The notes under the pieces: model-generated
Told to the model about the DNA's origin: nothing
Databases searched by the model: none
The model's input: only the letters and a program-made list of their open reading frames with translations
Source of the DNA: Chloroflexota bacterium
GTDB lineage: Bacteria > Chloroflexota > Anaerolineae > Anaerolineales > Villigracilaceae
Assembly (NCBI GenBank): GCA_016234535.1
Contig: JACRBH010000246.1
Location: 27,088-91,087, forward strand
Length of the DNA: 64,000 nucleotides
Direction of reading: 5' to 3'
Made by a program: the position numbers and the translations under genes
In this document: piece after piece, positions 28,449-39,785 of the stretch
How the letters are laid out: each line of letters starts with the position of its first letter
Position numbering within the stretch: position 1 is the first letter of the stretch

Positions 28449-29654
28449 ATGACCAACCTCCAATCTGTCCCCGCCCAAGAAAAATCCCCAATCCTCCCTT
28501 ATGCCTGGGTCATTCTCGCCGTTGTCTATTTCGCGAGCGTCGTTGCGCCGTTCAACCAGTTTAAGATTCCACCGCTCATGCCTGTTTTGATGCAGACATT
28601 TCAGATCGACCTGACGCAGGCGGGACTGCTCATGTCCATCATCGCTATGATCGGATTGGTGCTGGCACTTCCAACGGGGATCATCCTGCAACGGCTGGGA
28701 CCTAAAGTCACCCTGCTCATTTCTCTTGGCCTCATGGCAATTGGCTCGAGCATCGGCGCTTTCTCAAATAATTTTGCAGCCCTATTGGGCAGCCGCGTCA
28801 TCGAGGGACTTGGCATCGGTTTGATGGGAGTCACCGCGCCCGCCACCATTGCCATGTGGTTTCCCCCTGAGCGTCAGGGAACGCCAATGGGACTTTGGGC
28901 AACCTGGGTGCCAATCGGCTCGGTGATGATCTACAACCTCTCTCCAGCAATGGCGGCTTCGTTCGGATGGCAGTCCATTTGGTGGGCGGGAGTGGGATTC
29001 GCGGCGTTGATGATAATTGTCTCTGGCTGGCTCGTCACGAGTCCGCCAAAGGTAGGTCAAGCCAGTTCGCAAACGCACCATGCGTCAGGGCTGAAAGAAG
29101 CGTTGTCAAATCGAAGCATCTGGCTGTTAGCTTTGGAATTCGCCTGCATGAACTTTGTCATGGTTTCCGTCGGCACGTATTACCCCACATTCCTCAACGA
29201 AGTGCGCGGTTATCCGCTGGGACAGGCCGCCTTTTTATCCAGCATAACAACGTTAGTGGTTTTATTTTCAGCGCCCGCCGCGGGATGGTTCTCCGACCGA
29301 GTCGGCTCCCGTCGCCTGGTTTTCTCCCTGCCTTTTTTGGCAGTGGCAGTATTACTCATCTTTCCCTTTCACGTGACTGGCTCGCAAATCATCGTCATCA
29401 TGGTACTACAAGGATTAATTGTGGGAGCCATTCCAACCGCAACATTTGCCGCCGCGCCAGAAGTGATGCAGAAACCAGAATGGGCAGGCCTGGGTCTGGC
29501 GGTTATATTGATCGGACAGAATTTCGGTCAACTGCTGGGACCAATCTTCTTCAGTAAGATGATAGAAAGTATGGGCTGGGCCACGGCGGGATACCTGTTG
29601 ATTCCATTTTGCCTCGTTGGATTCATCAGCGCCTGGAAAGTGAAAGTTCGATAA
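28449..29654 (+). CDS. MFS transporter
   Basis: About 12 TM helices, GIILQRLGPK and GWFSDRVGSRR motifs. Confidence 0.9.
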   Translation: MTNLQSVPAQEKSPILPYAWVILAVVYFASVVAPFNQFKIPPLMPVLMQTFQIDLTQAGLLMSIIAMIGLVLALPTGIILQRLGPKVTLLISLGLMAIGSSIGAFSNNFAALLGSRVIEGLGIGLMGVTAPATIAMWFPPERQGTPMGLWATWVPIGSVMIYNLSPAMAASFGWQSIWWAGVGFAALMIIVSGWLVTSPPKVGQASSQTHHASGLKEALSNRSIWLLALEFACMNFVMVSVGTYYPTFLNEVRGYPLGQAAFLSSITTLVVLFSAPAAGWFSDRVGSRRLVFSLPFLAVAVLLIFPFHVTGSQIIVIMVLQGLIVGAIPTATFAAAPEVMQKPEWAGLGLAVILIGQNFGQLLGPIFFSKMIESMGWATAGYLLIPFCLVGFISAWKVKVR

Positions 29655-29686
29655 TCAAGATATACTTGCCAAAGAGGAGCATTGAT

Positions 29687-31465
29687 TTGTTCAACGTTGA
29701 TTTTGAACCCGTAGGTCGGCGCGGTCCCTGCGCCAGCGATCAATCGCTTTTGGATTGTGCGCGCCAATTGAGCGTGGATCTCGTCAGCATTTGTGGCGGC
29801 ATCGGCAATTGCGATCACTGCAAAGTGCAGGTTATCTCTGGCAGAGTGTCAAACCCTACTCTCGAAGAAGAAGCCTCTCTCAGCAAAAGCGAACTCGAAC
29901 AGGGATATCGCCTCGCCTGTCAGGCTTATCCGTTGAGCGAAATCAAATTACACGTCCCGCCTGAATCGTTGACCGCGCCTCAGCGGACTCAGGTCGAAGG
30001 CTTGGAAGTGGATGTTCTCCCCGAGCCTCCCATCCGTGGACTGGAAGCGCATCTTTCCGCCCCGACGCTTGATTCTCCCATCTCAGACGACTCAAACCTT
30101 TGGGCATCTCTCCACTTACCTATCGGGACAATTGACTTCCAAGTCCAGCAGACACTCTCTAAAACATTGCGTGACTTGAATTGGAACATCTGCGTGGCTT
30201 TGCGTGAAAACGAAATCATCGCCCTCGGCGCGCCAGATACCAAATGGCTCGGCCTCGCCGTGGACATCGGCACAACAAAAATCGCTGGCTATCTTCTGGA
30301 CATGGAAAGCGGCAAAACGCTGGCATCCAAAGGGATGATGAACCCGCAGATTTCCTATGGTGAAGATGTCATCTCCCGTATCGTTGCCTCCAGCAAATCC
30401 CCAGAGAATGCCATCAAATTACAGACCCTGCTGACTGACGCGCTCAGCCAGCTTGCCGTTGACCTGTGCGCCGAAATCAGCGCTGACCCGACAAACATTG
30501 TCGAGGCAGTGGTTGTTGGTAATACTGCCATTCATCATCTCTTCTTGCGCCTGCCAGTCAAACAGTTGGGACTCGCTCCGTACATTCCCGCCATGCGTTC
30601 TTCTGTAGATATCAAAGCACGTGAGCTTGGCTTGAAAATCGCTCCTGGCGCTTATGTTCACCTGTTGCCAAATATTGCTGGTTACGTTGGCGCGGATCAC
30701 GTTGCGATGTTACTTGCCACCCGCATTACCGAAGCTGACAAAACCACTCTCGCGATTGACATCGGCACCAACACCGAGATTTGTCTCAATCACCGCGGGC
30801 GAATGACGAGTGTCTCATGTGCCTCGGGGCCAGCCTTCGAGGGCGCGCACATCAAGTTTGGGATGCGCGCCGCGCCTGGGGCAATCGAGCATGTCCGTCT
30901 GTTGGATGGAAAATTAGAGATTCAAACCATTGGAGGCGAAGCGCCTGTCGGCATCTGCGGCTCAGGTCTGTTGGATGTGGTTGCTCAACTTCGCTTGAAC
31001 AATGTGCTGGATAAAAATGGAAAAATGGGCGAGCATCCACTCCTCCGCAAGCAAAACGGTTCAACGGAATTTGTCCTTGCTGAACGCGACGGGCAGGAGC
31101 CGATCACCCTTTCACAAAAGGATGTCCGCGAATTGCAATTGGCAAAAGCAGCCATCCGCCTTGGGATTCAAGCGCTGGTTCAAGCCGAGGGAATTGAAGA
31201 AGGCGACATCGAACAGGTCATCATTGCTGGCGCATTTGGCACATTCATTGACGTGAAAAGCGCCATTACGATTGCCATGTTACCCCCGCTTCCACTGGAA
31301 CGATTCAAACAAGTTGGCAATGCCGCAGGGACAGGCGCGCGGCTGGCGTTAATCTCACAAAGTCAGCGTACGAAAGCAAATCAGATTGCTGAACAGGACG
31401 GCTACATTGAACTGGCCGCCGTGCCAAACTTCAACCGAAAATTCGCAGAAGCAACATACCTGTGA
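29687..31465 (+). CDS. ATP-dependent corrinoid reductive activator (RACE/ASKHA with N-terminal 2Fe-2S)
   Basis: CGGIGNCDHC...RLACQ, DIGTT, GEDVISRI, DIGTNTE, AFEG, GICGSG; TTG start with GAGGAG RBS. Confidence 0.9.
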   Translation: MFNVDFEPVGRRGPCASDQSLLDCARQLSVDLVSICGGIGNCDHCKVQVISGRVSNPTLEEEASLSKSELEQGYRLACQAYPLSEIKLHVPPESLTAPQRTQVEGLEVDVLPEPPIRGLEAHLSAPTLDSPISDDSNLWASLHLPIGTIDFQVQQTLSKTLRDLNWNICVALRENEIIALGAPDTKWLGLAVDIGTTKIAGYLLDMESGKTLASKGMMNPQISYGEDVISRIVASSKSPENAIKLQTLLTDALSQLAVDLCAEISADPTNIVEAVVVGNTAIHHLFLRLPVKQLGLAPYIPAMRSSVDIKARELGLKIAPGAYVHLLPNIAGYVGADHVAMLLATRITEADKTTLAIDIGTNTEICLNHRGRMTSVSCASGPAFEGAHIKFGMRAAPGAIEHVRLLDGKLEIQTIGGEAPVGICGSGLLDVVAQLRLNNVLDKNGKMGEHPLLRKQNGSTEFVLAERDGQEPITLSQKDVRELQLAKAAIRLGIQALVQAEGIEEGDIEQVIIAGAFGTFIDVKSAITIAMLPPLPLERFKQVGNAAGTGARLALISQSQRTKANQIAEQDGYIELAAVPNFNRKFAEATYL

Positions 31466-31663
31466 CCTTCGGCCGCGCAGATAAATCTCCTCCTGCGGCA
31501 GGATGCGAGCCAACGTAACTGCCCTCCAGCAAAAACAACAGCGTGATCGGTTTGCCACAAATCCAGCAGGGGCAAAATGAATGTTCCGCTGCAATTAGTA
31601 GGGGCCTGGGGTATGGCTGTAGCAAGGTCACTTGATGTGGTACTGAATTCATGGCGTCGTTTT

Positions 31664-31744
31664 AACGCGAACGCCGCGAAAAGAACGAAAGAGCGCGAAT
31701 TTTTCCTTTTTCGCGTCCATTCGCTCTTTTCGCATATTTGTGTT
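31664..31744. repeat. REP-like imperfect palindrome (CGCGAA repeats)
   Basis: AACGCGAACGCCGCGAA...TTCGCGTCCATTCGC...GTGTT. Confidence 0.55.
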
Positions 31745-31939
31745 AAGTTTTTCCTGGCTTTGCTACAGCCATGGAGGCTTGGGAATAAGGGTCGGGAATA
31801 AGGACTGGGAGCACTCAAAGGTTTTAGACAAACAGGCTCAAGCCGCCGTCCTCGGCGGCATTCGCGAGGGAATCCTTCGCCGGGGACGGCGAAGGGAGCA
31901 AACTCATCTACAAACTTTTAATACACCCACCCTAAGGAC

Positions 31940-31992
31940 TTGACTCTGACATGGAAACTTGCTAGAATGTTATCGATAACGGGAACGATAAC
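31940..31992 (+). promoter_or_regulatory. Sigma70 promoter and LacI-type operator of the arabinose regulator
   Basis: TTGACT-17bp-TAGAAT with extended TG; palindrome GTTATCGATAAC at 31969-31980. Confidence 0.7.
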
Positions 31993-33057
31993 ATGCGACA
32001 AAAAGCAGTCCGTTCAACCATTAAGGAAGTTGCATCTGTGGCGGGAGTATCCACACAGACGGTTTCCCGCGTTATTAATGATAGACCTGATGTTTCCCCT
32101 GAAACCCGAAAGCGAATTCAAAATGTAATTGATAAATTGGGGTACCAGCCCAGCGCCCTCGCGCGCAGCCTGATCCGGCAACGCAGCCATACAGTAGGAG
32201 TGGTTACTGCTGGCCTGAAATATATTGGACCATCCCGCACGTTGAGCGGTATTGCCTTGGCTGCTGAAGAAGCCGGGTATTCCTTGCTCTTAAAGGAACT
32301 CCCCCGCTTTGATACCAATGATGTTGCGCCAATTTTTCAGGCGCTTCTTTCCCGTCATGTAGATGGGATTATTTGGGCCGTTCCAGAAATTGGTGAAAAC
32401 CGAAAATGGGTGAACAACCTGCCTTTTGATGTGGGAGTCCCCATTGTTTATCTTACGATGAATCCGCAAGAGAATATTCCTGTTGTTTCAATAGATAATT
32501 ACGCCGGCGGAAAAATGGCAGTATCGCACCTGCTCGAACAGGGATATCGAAACATTGGGCACATCTCGGGGCCAGTGGATTGGTGGGAGGCTCGCCAGCG
32601 TATGATGGCCTGGAAAGATACTTTGAAAGACTCTGGCTTTGAAGTCGGGGATAATCAATGGGCAGAGGGAAATTGGTCATCCGCAAGTGGCATCCAGGCT
32701 GTTGAAAAGCTTTTTGAACAATATCCAGAAATGGATTCGATTTTTGTTGCGAATGACCAAATGGCGTTAAGTGTTTTGAAGGCTGTAACAAAAAAAGGTT
32801 TGAGAATTCCTGATGATATAGGAATTGTTGGTTTTGATAATATGCCCGAGTCTGCCTATTTCCGGCCACCGCTGACCACAATCCAGCAGGATCAATATAA
32901 TGTTGCCAGAGTAGCAGTGGAAGAAATGATCAAAATTATCGAAGCGGACTGGCAGGGACTGGATCGTATTACTCCAAAGTCCATTATGTCGCCGCCTACC
33001 CTGGTTGTAAGACAAAGTTCTTTACGATTGGCAATAACGAGCAGCCTGCCTAACTAA
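31993..33057 (+). CDS. LacI-family transcriptional regulator
   Basis: TIKEVASVAGVSTQTVSRVIN HTH; GFDN, PPLTTI. Confidence 0.93.
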   Translation: MRQKAVRSTIKEVASVAGVSTQTVSRVINDRPDVSPETRKRIQNVIDKLGYQPSALARSLIRQRSHTVGVVTAGLKYIGPSRTLSGIALAAEEAGYSLLLKELPRFDTNDVAPIFQALLSRHVDGIIWAVPEIGENRKWVNNLPFDVGVPIVYLTMNPQENIPVVSIDNYAGGKMAVSHLLEQGYRNIGHISGPVDWWEARQRMMAWKDTLKDSGFEVGDNQWAEGNWSSASGIQAVEKLFEQYPEMDSIFVANDQMALSVLKAVTKKGLRIPDDIGIVGFDNMPESAYFRPPLTTIQQDQYNVARVAVEEMIKIIEADWQGLDRITPKSIMSPPTLVVRQSSLRLAITSSLPN

Positions 33058-33215
33058 TAGGGTTGCCGTTCGCCCGCACGAAAATTACAGTGCAAGCCTT
33101 CGGAGGCTTCCATTCTTCCTGGCAGGGATTGCATTCAGCATTTCCCTGCTCTCCAATTATGGAGGATATGCTCCGGGATGCTGATCTTTATCGGAAACTA
33201 TATGAAGAAAAAACC

Positions 33216-34331
33216 ATGAGCACAAATCCAGTCACCACTGTATCGGAGTTCAACACCAAATTGGAGCGCATTCGCAAACTGCTTGTCCAATCTGGTCTGG
33301 ACGCGCTTCTGCTGCGGCAGACAAATAATTTCGCCTGGGCAACCTGCGGCGCATCCTCCTATATCAACCGCGCAGATCCGATGGGCGTTGCATCTTTATT
33401 GATCACGCTGTCAAATCATTATGTGATTACCAATAATATCGAGGCTGCTCGATTGGCACAGGAAGAGGGGCTTGACAATCAGAATTGGGAATTTCAAGTT
33501 ACGCCGTGGTACGAGCAAAAAGATGTGATTTCAGAATTGACCGGCGGAATGAAGTTGGGCGCAGATACTTTCCTCCCCAACGCATTGGATATTTCCAGCG
33601 AAATAGCGCTGCTGCGTTCACAATTGACCTCCGAGGAGGGCGGACGCTTTAGGGAATTAGGGATGTTATGCGCTCAGAGTATGCAGGATGCTGTCGATGG
33701 GGTGCGCCCGGGGATGACCGAATATGAAATTGCCGGGCTGCTGTCACAGGCAGTTGAAAACAGGGGTGCGCAAGCCATTGTCAACTTGATCGCCACCGAT
33801 GAACGTATCTCATCCTTTCGCCACCCTCTTCCAACTTCCAAAAAACTTCAGCAGTATGTCATGTTGATTTTGTGCGGACGCAAGTGGGGATTGATCTGTT
33901 CAGTGACTCGCTTGATTCATTTTGGCAAACTACCGGAAGAAATCCGCCGCAGGGGACAGGCTGTTGCTGAAATCGATGCTGTCATGATCGCCGCAACCCG
34001 CCCCGGCAATACGCTGGGAGATGTATTCCATAAAGCACAGGCGATGTATGCCACTACTGGATTCCCTGATGAATGGCAAAAGCATCATCAAGGCGGGTCG
34101 GCTGGGTATGCGCCGCGTGAAGTTACCGCCACCCCATTATCAACTCAACCCATAGTGGAGGGACAGGCTTTTGCGTGGAACCCGTCCGTTGCGGGTGCAA
34201 AATCAGAAGATTCGATTTTGGTGGGCAGGCAATCCAATGAAATCCTGACCGAAATGACGGATTGGCCGGCCATTGACGTTCAAGTCGGCGGCCAAATTAT
34301 TCGTCGTCCCGCCATCCTGGAAAAATATTAA
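33216..34331 (+). CDS. M24 (pita-bread fold) family protein
   Basis: Creatinase-like N-terminus, RPGMTEYEIAG, HHQGG, WNPS, KSED. Confidence 0.8.
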   Translation: MSTNPVTTVSEFNTKLERIRKLLVQSGLDALLLRQTNNFAWATCGASSYINRADPMGVASLLITLSNHYVITNNIEAARLAQEEGLDNQNWEFQVTPWYEQKDVISELTGGMKLGADTFLPNALDISSEIALLRSQLTSEEGGRFRELGMLCAQSMQDAVDGVRPGMTEYEIAGLLSQAVENRGAQAIVNLIATDERISSFRHPLPTSKKLQQYVMLILCGRKWGLICSVTRLIHFGKLPEEIRRRGQAVAEIDAVMIAATRPGNTLGDVFHKAQAMYATTGFPDEWQKHHQGGSAGYAPREVTATPLSTQPIVEGQAFAWNPSVAGAKSEDSILVGRQSNEILTEMTDWPAIDVQVGGQIIRRPAILEKY

Positions 34332-34751
34332 ATGAAATTTATTCGTTTACATGAGATCGAAGATTTACAAGTCCATGAAGAACCTGTCGCTGTTGAAGGC
34401 GGGAAGTTAATCCGCATAAAGTCTGTGGGCGGGATTGGCAATGCGAATCTGGGTCAGCCCATTGCAAGGGATGATCTCCCCCACCGCGCGGAAGCGGCAA
34501 AAACTTGCAGGGCTGACCATGCTTTCGTAACAGCGGCCAACTCTCGGTCAGGTGAGATGCGAGCGGCAACTCAGGGACGAGGTGTTGATATCGCGTTTGA
34601 ATCGGACGGGGTGCAGGAAACTGTCGACGAGTCTACTGCCGCTGTTGTCTCTTGTGGAAAAAATAATTATGGCGGTATTCCTGACGACAAGACTTCGTTG
34701 TCTGCATCAACTGTGCGGCGCGAAGGTTTAATAATCATCATTGAGGTGTGA
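34332..34751 (+). pseudogene. Internally deleted Zn-dependent (polyol) dehydrogenase
   Basis: N-terminal IRLH..DLQVHEEP..IKSVG joined directly to C-terminal GRGVDIAFES...GIPDD; lacks GHE and Zn-Cys region. Confidence 0.65.
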
Positions 34752-34752
34752 A

Positions 34753-36348
34753 ATGGCGAATACCCAAAAAGCAATCGAGAGTGGGAAGACTGTTCTTGGC
34801 ATCGAGCTTGGCTCGACCCGCATCAAAGCGGTGCTGATCAGCGAGGATCATATGCCGATCGCATCGGGAAGCTATGAGTGGGAAAACCGATATGAGAGCG
34901 GCGTTTGGACGTATGGTCTCGAAGCTGTGTGGACGGGCTTGCAGGAAAGCTATCGGAATCTACGCAACGATGTTTTGGAAAAGTTCAACACCCCGCTCCA
35001 GACCATTGGCGCCATCGGTTTCAGCGGCATGATGCATGGCTATATGGCATTCGACAAGGATGGAAAGCTGCTTGTTCCATTCCGCACCTGGCGCAATACC
35101 ATGACAGGCCAAGCCGCAGAGAGACTCACCGACCTCTTCCAATTCAACATTCCCCAGCGATGGAGTATTGCCCATCTCTATCAGGCGATCTTGAATAGGG
35201 AATCCCATGTCAAAGACATTAGCCATCAGACCACGCTTGCAGGCTATGTCCATTGGAAATTGACGGGGCAAAAGGTATTGGGTGTGGGCGAAGCTTCAGG
35301 CATGTTCCCCATTGACAGCAAGGCCAATGACTACGATGCGCGCATGATCGAACAGTTCAATGCACAACTTAAAGTTGAAAATCTCCCGTGGAAACTGCGA
35401 GACATTCTGCCCAAAGTCCTTGTCGCAGGGGATTCCGCAGGCGTTCTGACCGAGGAAGGCGCAATACTGCTCGACCCTACGGGACAGTTACAAGCGGGCA
35501 TTCCGCTTTGTCCGCCTGAGGGTGATGCTGGTACGGGCATGGTGGCAACCAACAGCGTGGCCGAGCGAACGGGCAATGTATCCGCTGGGACATCCGTCTT
35601 TGCCATGATCGTTCTGGAAAAGGCGCTGTCAAAACTTTATCCCGAGATCGACATGGTGACGACGCCTACAGGCAAACCTGTGGCGATGGTACATGCCAAT
35701 AACTGCACATCTGATCTCAATGCCTGGGTTGATCTGTTCAAGGAATTCACCGATGCGCTTGGGGTGGAGATGAGTGAATCCAAGTTGTTTGAAATGTTGT
35801 TTAAAAAGGCGCTCTCAGGTGATGCGGACGGCGGCGGACTACTTGCCTACAATTATTTTTCCGGCGAGTCGATCACGCGGTTTGAAGAGGGACGTCCATT
35901 GTTCATCCGCACACCCGAAAGCCGTTTCACGCTTTCGAACTTCATGCGCGTGCATTTGTTCTCTGCGCTCGGCACATTGAAGATCGGTATGGATATCCTC
36001 TTCGAGCAGGAAAAGGTAAGGATCGACCAACTCCTTGGGCACGGTGGTTTTTTCAAAACAAAGGAAGTCGGTCAAAAGATGATGGCGGTGGCGATGAATG
36101 TCCCTGTTTCTGTGATGGAAACCGCAGGCGAGGGCGGCGCATGGGGAATTGCATTGCTCGCATCCCACATGCTCCACAAGTCGGAAAATCAACCTTTGGA
36201 AGCCTATCTCGCTGATAGAGTCTTTGCAGACGAAAAAAGCATTAGGCTCGCACCAGACCAGGCGGATATAGATGGCTTTACTGCCTTCATGGAACGCTAC
36301 AAAAAAGGTCTTGTCATCGAAAGAGCCGCAGTGGATGCACTGAGGTAG
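34753..36348 (+). CDS. araB: FGGY carbohydrate kinase, probable L-ribulokinase
   Basis: [34 protein letters not shown]; adjacent to araD and araA. Confidence 0.8.
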   Translation: MANTQKAIESGKTVLGIELGSTRIKAVLISEDHMPIASGSYEWENRYESGVWTYGLEAVWTGLQESYRNLRNDVLEKFNTPLQTIGAIGFSGMMHGYMAFDKDGKLLVPFRTWRNTMTGQAAERLTDLFQFNIPQRWSIAHLYQAILNRESHVKDISHQTTLAGYVHWKLTGQKVLGVGEASGMFPIDSKANDYDARMIEQFNAQLKVENLPWKLRDILPKVLVAGDSAGVLTEEGAILLDPTGQLQAGIPLCPPEGDAGTGMVATNSVAERTGNVSAGTSVFAMIVLEKALSKLYPEIDMVTTPTGKPVAMVHANNCTSDLNAWVDLFKEFTDALGVEMSESKLFEMLFKKALSGDADGGGLLAYNYFSGESITRFEEGRPLFIRTPESRFTLSNFMRVHLFSALGTLKIGMDILFEQEKVRIDQLLGHGGFFKTKEVGQKMMAVAMNVPVSVMETAGEGGAWGIALLASHMLHKSENQPLEAYLADRVFADEKSIRLAPDQADIDGFTAFMERYKKGLVIERAAVDALR

Positions 36349-36410
36349 AAGATTTACGACAAAAAATGAGGAAGTGATTGGTAATCACCAATTACTCTTT
36401 TGGAGGAACC

Positions 36411-37052
36411 ATGCTCAAGAAACTAAGAGAAGAACTGGCGGAGCTGCACCAAGAACTCCCCAAAAACAATTTAGTAATGTGGACGGGCGGCAACGTCAGC
36501 GCGCGCGACCCAGAAACCGGGCTGATCGTCATCAAAGCCAGCGGCATCCGCTACGAAGAGATGAAACCCAAACATATGGTCGTGATGGACATGGACGGCA
36601 AGATCGTTGATGGTAAATTCAAACCCTCCTCCGATGTCTACAGCCATTTGCACATTTACAAACATCGCCCCGATGTGTTCGGCGTGGTCCACACCCACTC
36701 GCGCTACGCAACAGCATTTGCGGCAGTTGGGAAGGAAATACCCTGCGTGTTGACTGCGATTGCAGATGAGTTTGGCGGGGCGATCCCCTGCGGTGGGTTT
36801 GCTCTGATCGGCGATGAAGCCATCGGCAAAGTAGTTGTGGACAGCATTGGCAAGTCGCCAGCGGTTCTGCTCAAAAATCATGGTGTGTTCACCGTCGGTA
36901 AAAGCGCGACGGCTGCGGTAAAAGCTGCCGTGATGACCGAGGATGTCGCCGCCACAGTATGGATGGCAATGCAGCTTGGCACACCCGATGTAATTCCACA
37001 GGAAGATGTGGATAAGTTGCACGCGCGATATACCAATGTGTATGGGCAATAA
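36411..37052 (+). CDS. araD: L-ribulose-5-phosphate 4-epimerase
   Basis: GNVSARD, PSSD, HTHS, LKNHG, C-terminal YGQ. Confidence 0.92.
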   Translation: MLKKLREELAELHQELPKNNLVMWTGGNVSARDPETGLIVIKASGIRYEEMKPKHMVVMDMDGKIVDGKFKPSSDVYSHLHIYKHRPDVFGVVHTHSRYATAFAAVGKEIPCVLTAIADEFGGAIPCGGFALIGDEAIGKVVVDSIGKSPAVLLKNHGVFTVGKSATAAVKAAVMTEDVAATVWMAMQLGTPDVIPQEDVDKLHARYTNVYGQ

Positions 37053-37063
37053 ATAAATTATCC

Positions 37064-37160
37064 GTCATTGCGAGGAGGGCAATTGCTCTTCCCGACGAAG
37101 CAATCTCCTCGTAACAGGGGATTGCTTCGGGCGAAGAACAAGAGCGCCCTCGCAACGACA
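37064..37160. repeat. REP-like element, copy 2
   Basis: GTCATTGCGAGG...GAAGCAATCTC...GGGATTGCTTCG...CGCCCTCGCAACGACA. Confidence 0.8.
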
Positions 37161-37186
37161 TAGAAATCATATAAGGAGACGCAATT

Positions 37187-38698
37187 ATGATCGATCTAAA
37201 ACAATATGAAATCTGGTTTGTAACAGGCAGCCAACATTTGTATGGCCCAAAGACGCTCGAAACTGTAGCGGAACATTCGCGTGCCATTGCGGCGGCGTTT
37301 GACGCTTCATCGCACATACCTGTGAAAGTGGTGTTCAAGCCAGTCCTCACCACGCCGGATGCGATCCGCGAGTTATGTTTGGAAGCCAATTCATCCAAGA
37401 GCTGCATTGGGCTTATCACCTGGATGCACACCTTCTCCCCCGCCAAAATGTGGATCGCTGGTTTGACATTGCTTAAAAAGCCTTTTGCACACTTGCACAC
37501 ACAATATAGCCGCGAGATTCCGTGGTCAACGATTGATATGGATTTTATGAATCTGAATCAGTCTGCGCATGGCGACCGTGAGTTTGGTTTCATCGGCAGC
37601 CGCCTGCGACTGGAACGCAAGGTCGTAGTGGGTCATTGGCAGGATGACGAAGTGCAGTCGCAGTTGGGCGTGTGGGCGCGAGCCGCGTCTGCATGGGCTG
37701 ATTGGCAGGGTGCCAAAATCGCGCGCTTTGGCGATAACATGCGCGATGTAGCCGTGACAGAAGGCGATAAGGTCGAAGCGCAAATCAAGTTTGGATACGA
37801 TGTGTACGGCTACGGTATCGGCGATTTGGTCAAGGCGGTCAACGAAGCAAATGAAGCAGATGTTGAAAAGATGGTGCAGGCTTACCTTGATGAATACGAT
37901 GTTATGCCATCACTTCAACCTGGCGGCGAGCGCAATGCATCCCTGAGAGAAGGAGCTCGCATCGAAGTTGGTATGCGTAACTTCCTGCAAGCTGGCAACT
38001 TCAAAGCCTTCACTACCACGTTTGAAGACCTTCACGGACTGGCTCAACTACCGGGCCTGGCTGTCCAACGTTTGATGCGCGATGGCTACGGCTTCGGCGC
38101 GGAAGGCGACTGGAAAACATCTGCCCTTGTCCGCGCGATGAAAGTGATGAGTGAAGGAATGAAGGGCGGCGTCAGTTTCATGGAAGATTACACTTATCAT
38201 TTCAGCGCCAGCGGCGACAAAGTTCTCGGCGCGCACATGCTTGAGATTTGCGAATCAATCGCAGCCCCCTTCGGGAAGCCAAAACTGGAAATTCTTCCGC
38301 TCTCCATCGGCGGGAAAGCTGATCCTGTCCGATTGATATTCGACTCGCTGACAGGCCCCGCGATTGGCGCCTCCATCATGGATATGGGTCAACGCTTCCG
38401 CATGGTTGCCAATGTTGTGGATGTTATCCCGACCGATGAACCGCTTCCCAACTTACCTGTAGCGCGCGCTTTATGGCTGCCACGCCCGAATCTCAAAGTT
38501 GCCGCCGCCGCATGGATTTACGCTGGTGGCGCGCATCACACCAGTTTCAGTTATTCGGTCACAGCGGAGCATTTACAAGACTTTGCAGACATGGCAGGCA
38601 TCGAATTCCTATTGATCGATGAAAATACCCGCGTGCAGGAGTTCAAGGAAAAATTGCGCTGGAACGATTTGTATTTTCACTTGAGTAAGGGATTGTGA
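37187..38698 (+). CDS. araA: L-arabinose isomerase
   Basis: [50 protein letters not shown]. Confidence 0.96.
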   Translation: MIDLKQYEIWFVTGSQHLYGPKTLETVAEHSRAIAAAFDASSHIPVKVVFKPVLTTPDAIRELCLEANSSKSCIGLITWMHTFSPAKMWIAGLTLLKKPFAHLHTQYSREIPWSTIDMDFMNLNQSAHGDREFGFIGSRLRLERKVVVGHWQDDEVQSQLGVWARAASAWADWQGAKIARFGDNMRDVAVTEGDKVEAQIKFGYDVYGYGIGDLVKAVNEANEADVEKMVQAYLDEYDVMPSLQPGGERNASLREGARIEVGMRNFLQAGNFKAFTTTFEDLHGLAQLPGLAVQRLMRDGYGFGAEGDWKTSALVRAMKVMSEGMKGGVSFMEDYTYHFSASGDKVLGAHMLEICESIAAPFGKPKLEILPLSIGGKADPVRLIFDSLTGPAIGASIMDMGQRFRMVANVVDVIPTDEPLPNLPVARALWLPRPNLKVAAAAWIYAGGAHHTSFSYSVTAEHLQDFADMAGIEFLLIDENTRVQEFKEKLRWNDLYFHLSKGL

Positions 38699-38795
38699 TA
38701 GAAAGCCGTGCAGCGTGAAGCGTGTTCCGTTTTGGGATTACGCAATACGCAACACGCTGCAAAAAATAAAGAACTAAATTTAAAAGGAATAAATC

Positions 38796-39779
38796 ATGCA
38801 ATATCGTGAACTTGGCCGTACTGGCTGGAAGGTTTCAACTGTTTCTTTTGGCGCCTGGGCAATTGGCGGTTCATGGGGCAGCGTGGATGATAAAGACTCG
38901 CTGGCCGCCCTGCACCGTTCCATTGATTTGGGAGTCAACTTTATCGATACTGCCGACGTTTACGGCGATGGCCGTTCGGAGCGTCTGGTGGCGCAGCTTC
39001 GCAAAGAGCGAAGGGAAAACATCTATGTGGCTACCAAGGCCGGGCGGCGGCTTGATCCGCATGTGGCGGGTGGATACAACCGCGCGAATCTTACCGCTTT
39101 CGTGGAGCGCAGCTTGAAGAATCTCGATACCGAAGCCGTCGATCTTTTACAACTGCATTGTCCTCCGGCTGAAGTTTATTACATGCCTGAAACCTTTGGC
39201 GTGTTGGATGATCTGGTTCACGCTGGCAAGCTGCGGCATTACGGTGTGAGCGTTGAGAAAGTGGAGGAAGCGCTCAAGGCCATTGAATATCCCAACGTAC
39301 AGACTGTGCAGATCATTTTTAATATCTTCCGTCAGCGGCCTGCTGAATTATTTTTTGCCGAGGCCCTACGCCGCAAGATTGGAATCCTGGCACGTGTACC
39401 GCTCGCCAGTGGAATGTTGACAGGTAAGTTGACGGCCCAATCCAATTTTGAAGCGGATGACCATCGCGCTTTTAATCGTCACGGTGAATCCTTTGACCGT
39501 GGCGAGACCTTCTCAGGTGTGGATTATGAAACTGGCTTGAAAGCCGTCGATGAATTGCGCGCGCTTGTCCCCGCGGGCTGGTCCATGCCCCAGTTTGCAC
39601 TGCGCTGGGTTTTGATGTTCGATGCTGTAACATGCGCCATTCCTGGAGCAAAGAATCCTGTTCAAGCTGAAGATAATGCCAAATCAGCGGATATGCCCGC
39701 GCTGGATTCTGCCACGATGGGAAAAGTCCGCACGATCTATGATTCTCATATCCGCAATCTGGTACACAATTACTGGTAA
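38796..39779 (+). CDS. Aldo/keto reductase
   Basis: DTADVYG, ATK, LLQLH, IPGAK. Confidence 0.92.
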   Translation: MQYRELGRTGWKVSTVSFGAWAIGGSWGSVDDKDSLAALHRSIDLGVNFIDTADVYGDGRSERLVAQLRKERRENIYVATKAGRRLDPHVAGGYNRANLTAFVERSLKNLDTEAVDLLQLHCPPAEVYYMPETFGVLDDLVHAGKLRHYGVSVEKVEEALKAIEYPNVQTVQIIFNIFRQRPAELFFAEALRRKIGILARVPLASGMLTGKLTAQSNFEADDHRAFNRHGESFDRGETFSGVDYETGLKAVDELRALVPAGWSMPQFALRWVLMFDAVTCAIPGAKNPVQAEDNAKSADMPALDSATMGKVRTIYDSHIRNLVHNYW

Positions 39780-39785
39780 TCTTTT

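Noticed and set aside
31431-31652. Short minus-strand ORFs or gene remnant after the RACE gene
   Set aside because: No family could be recognised confidently; possibly decayed sequence.
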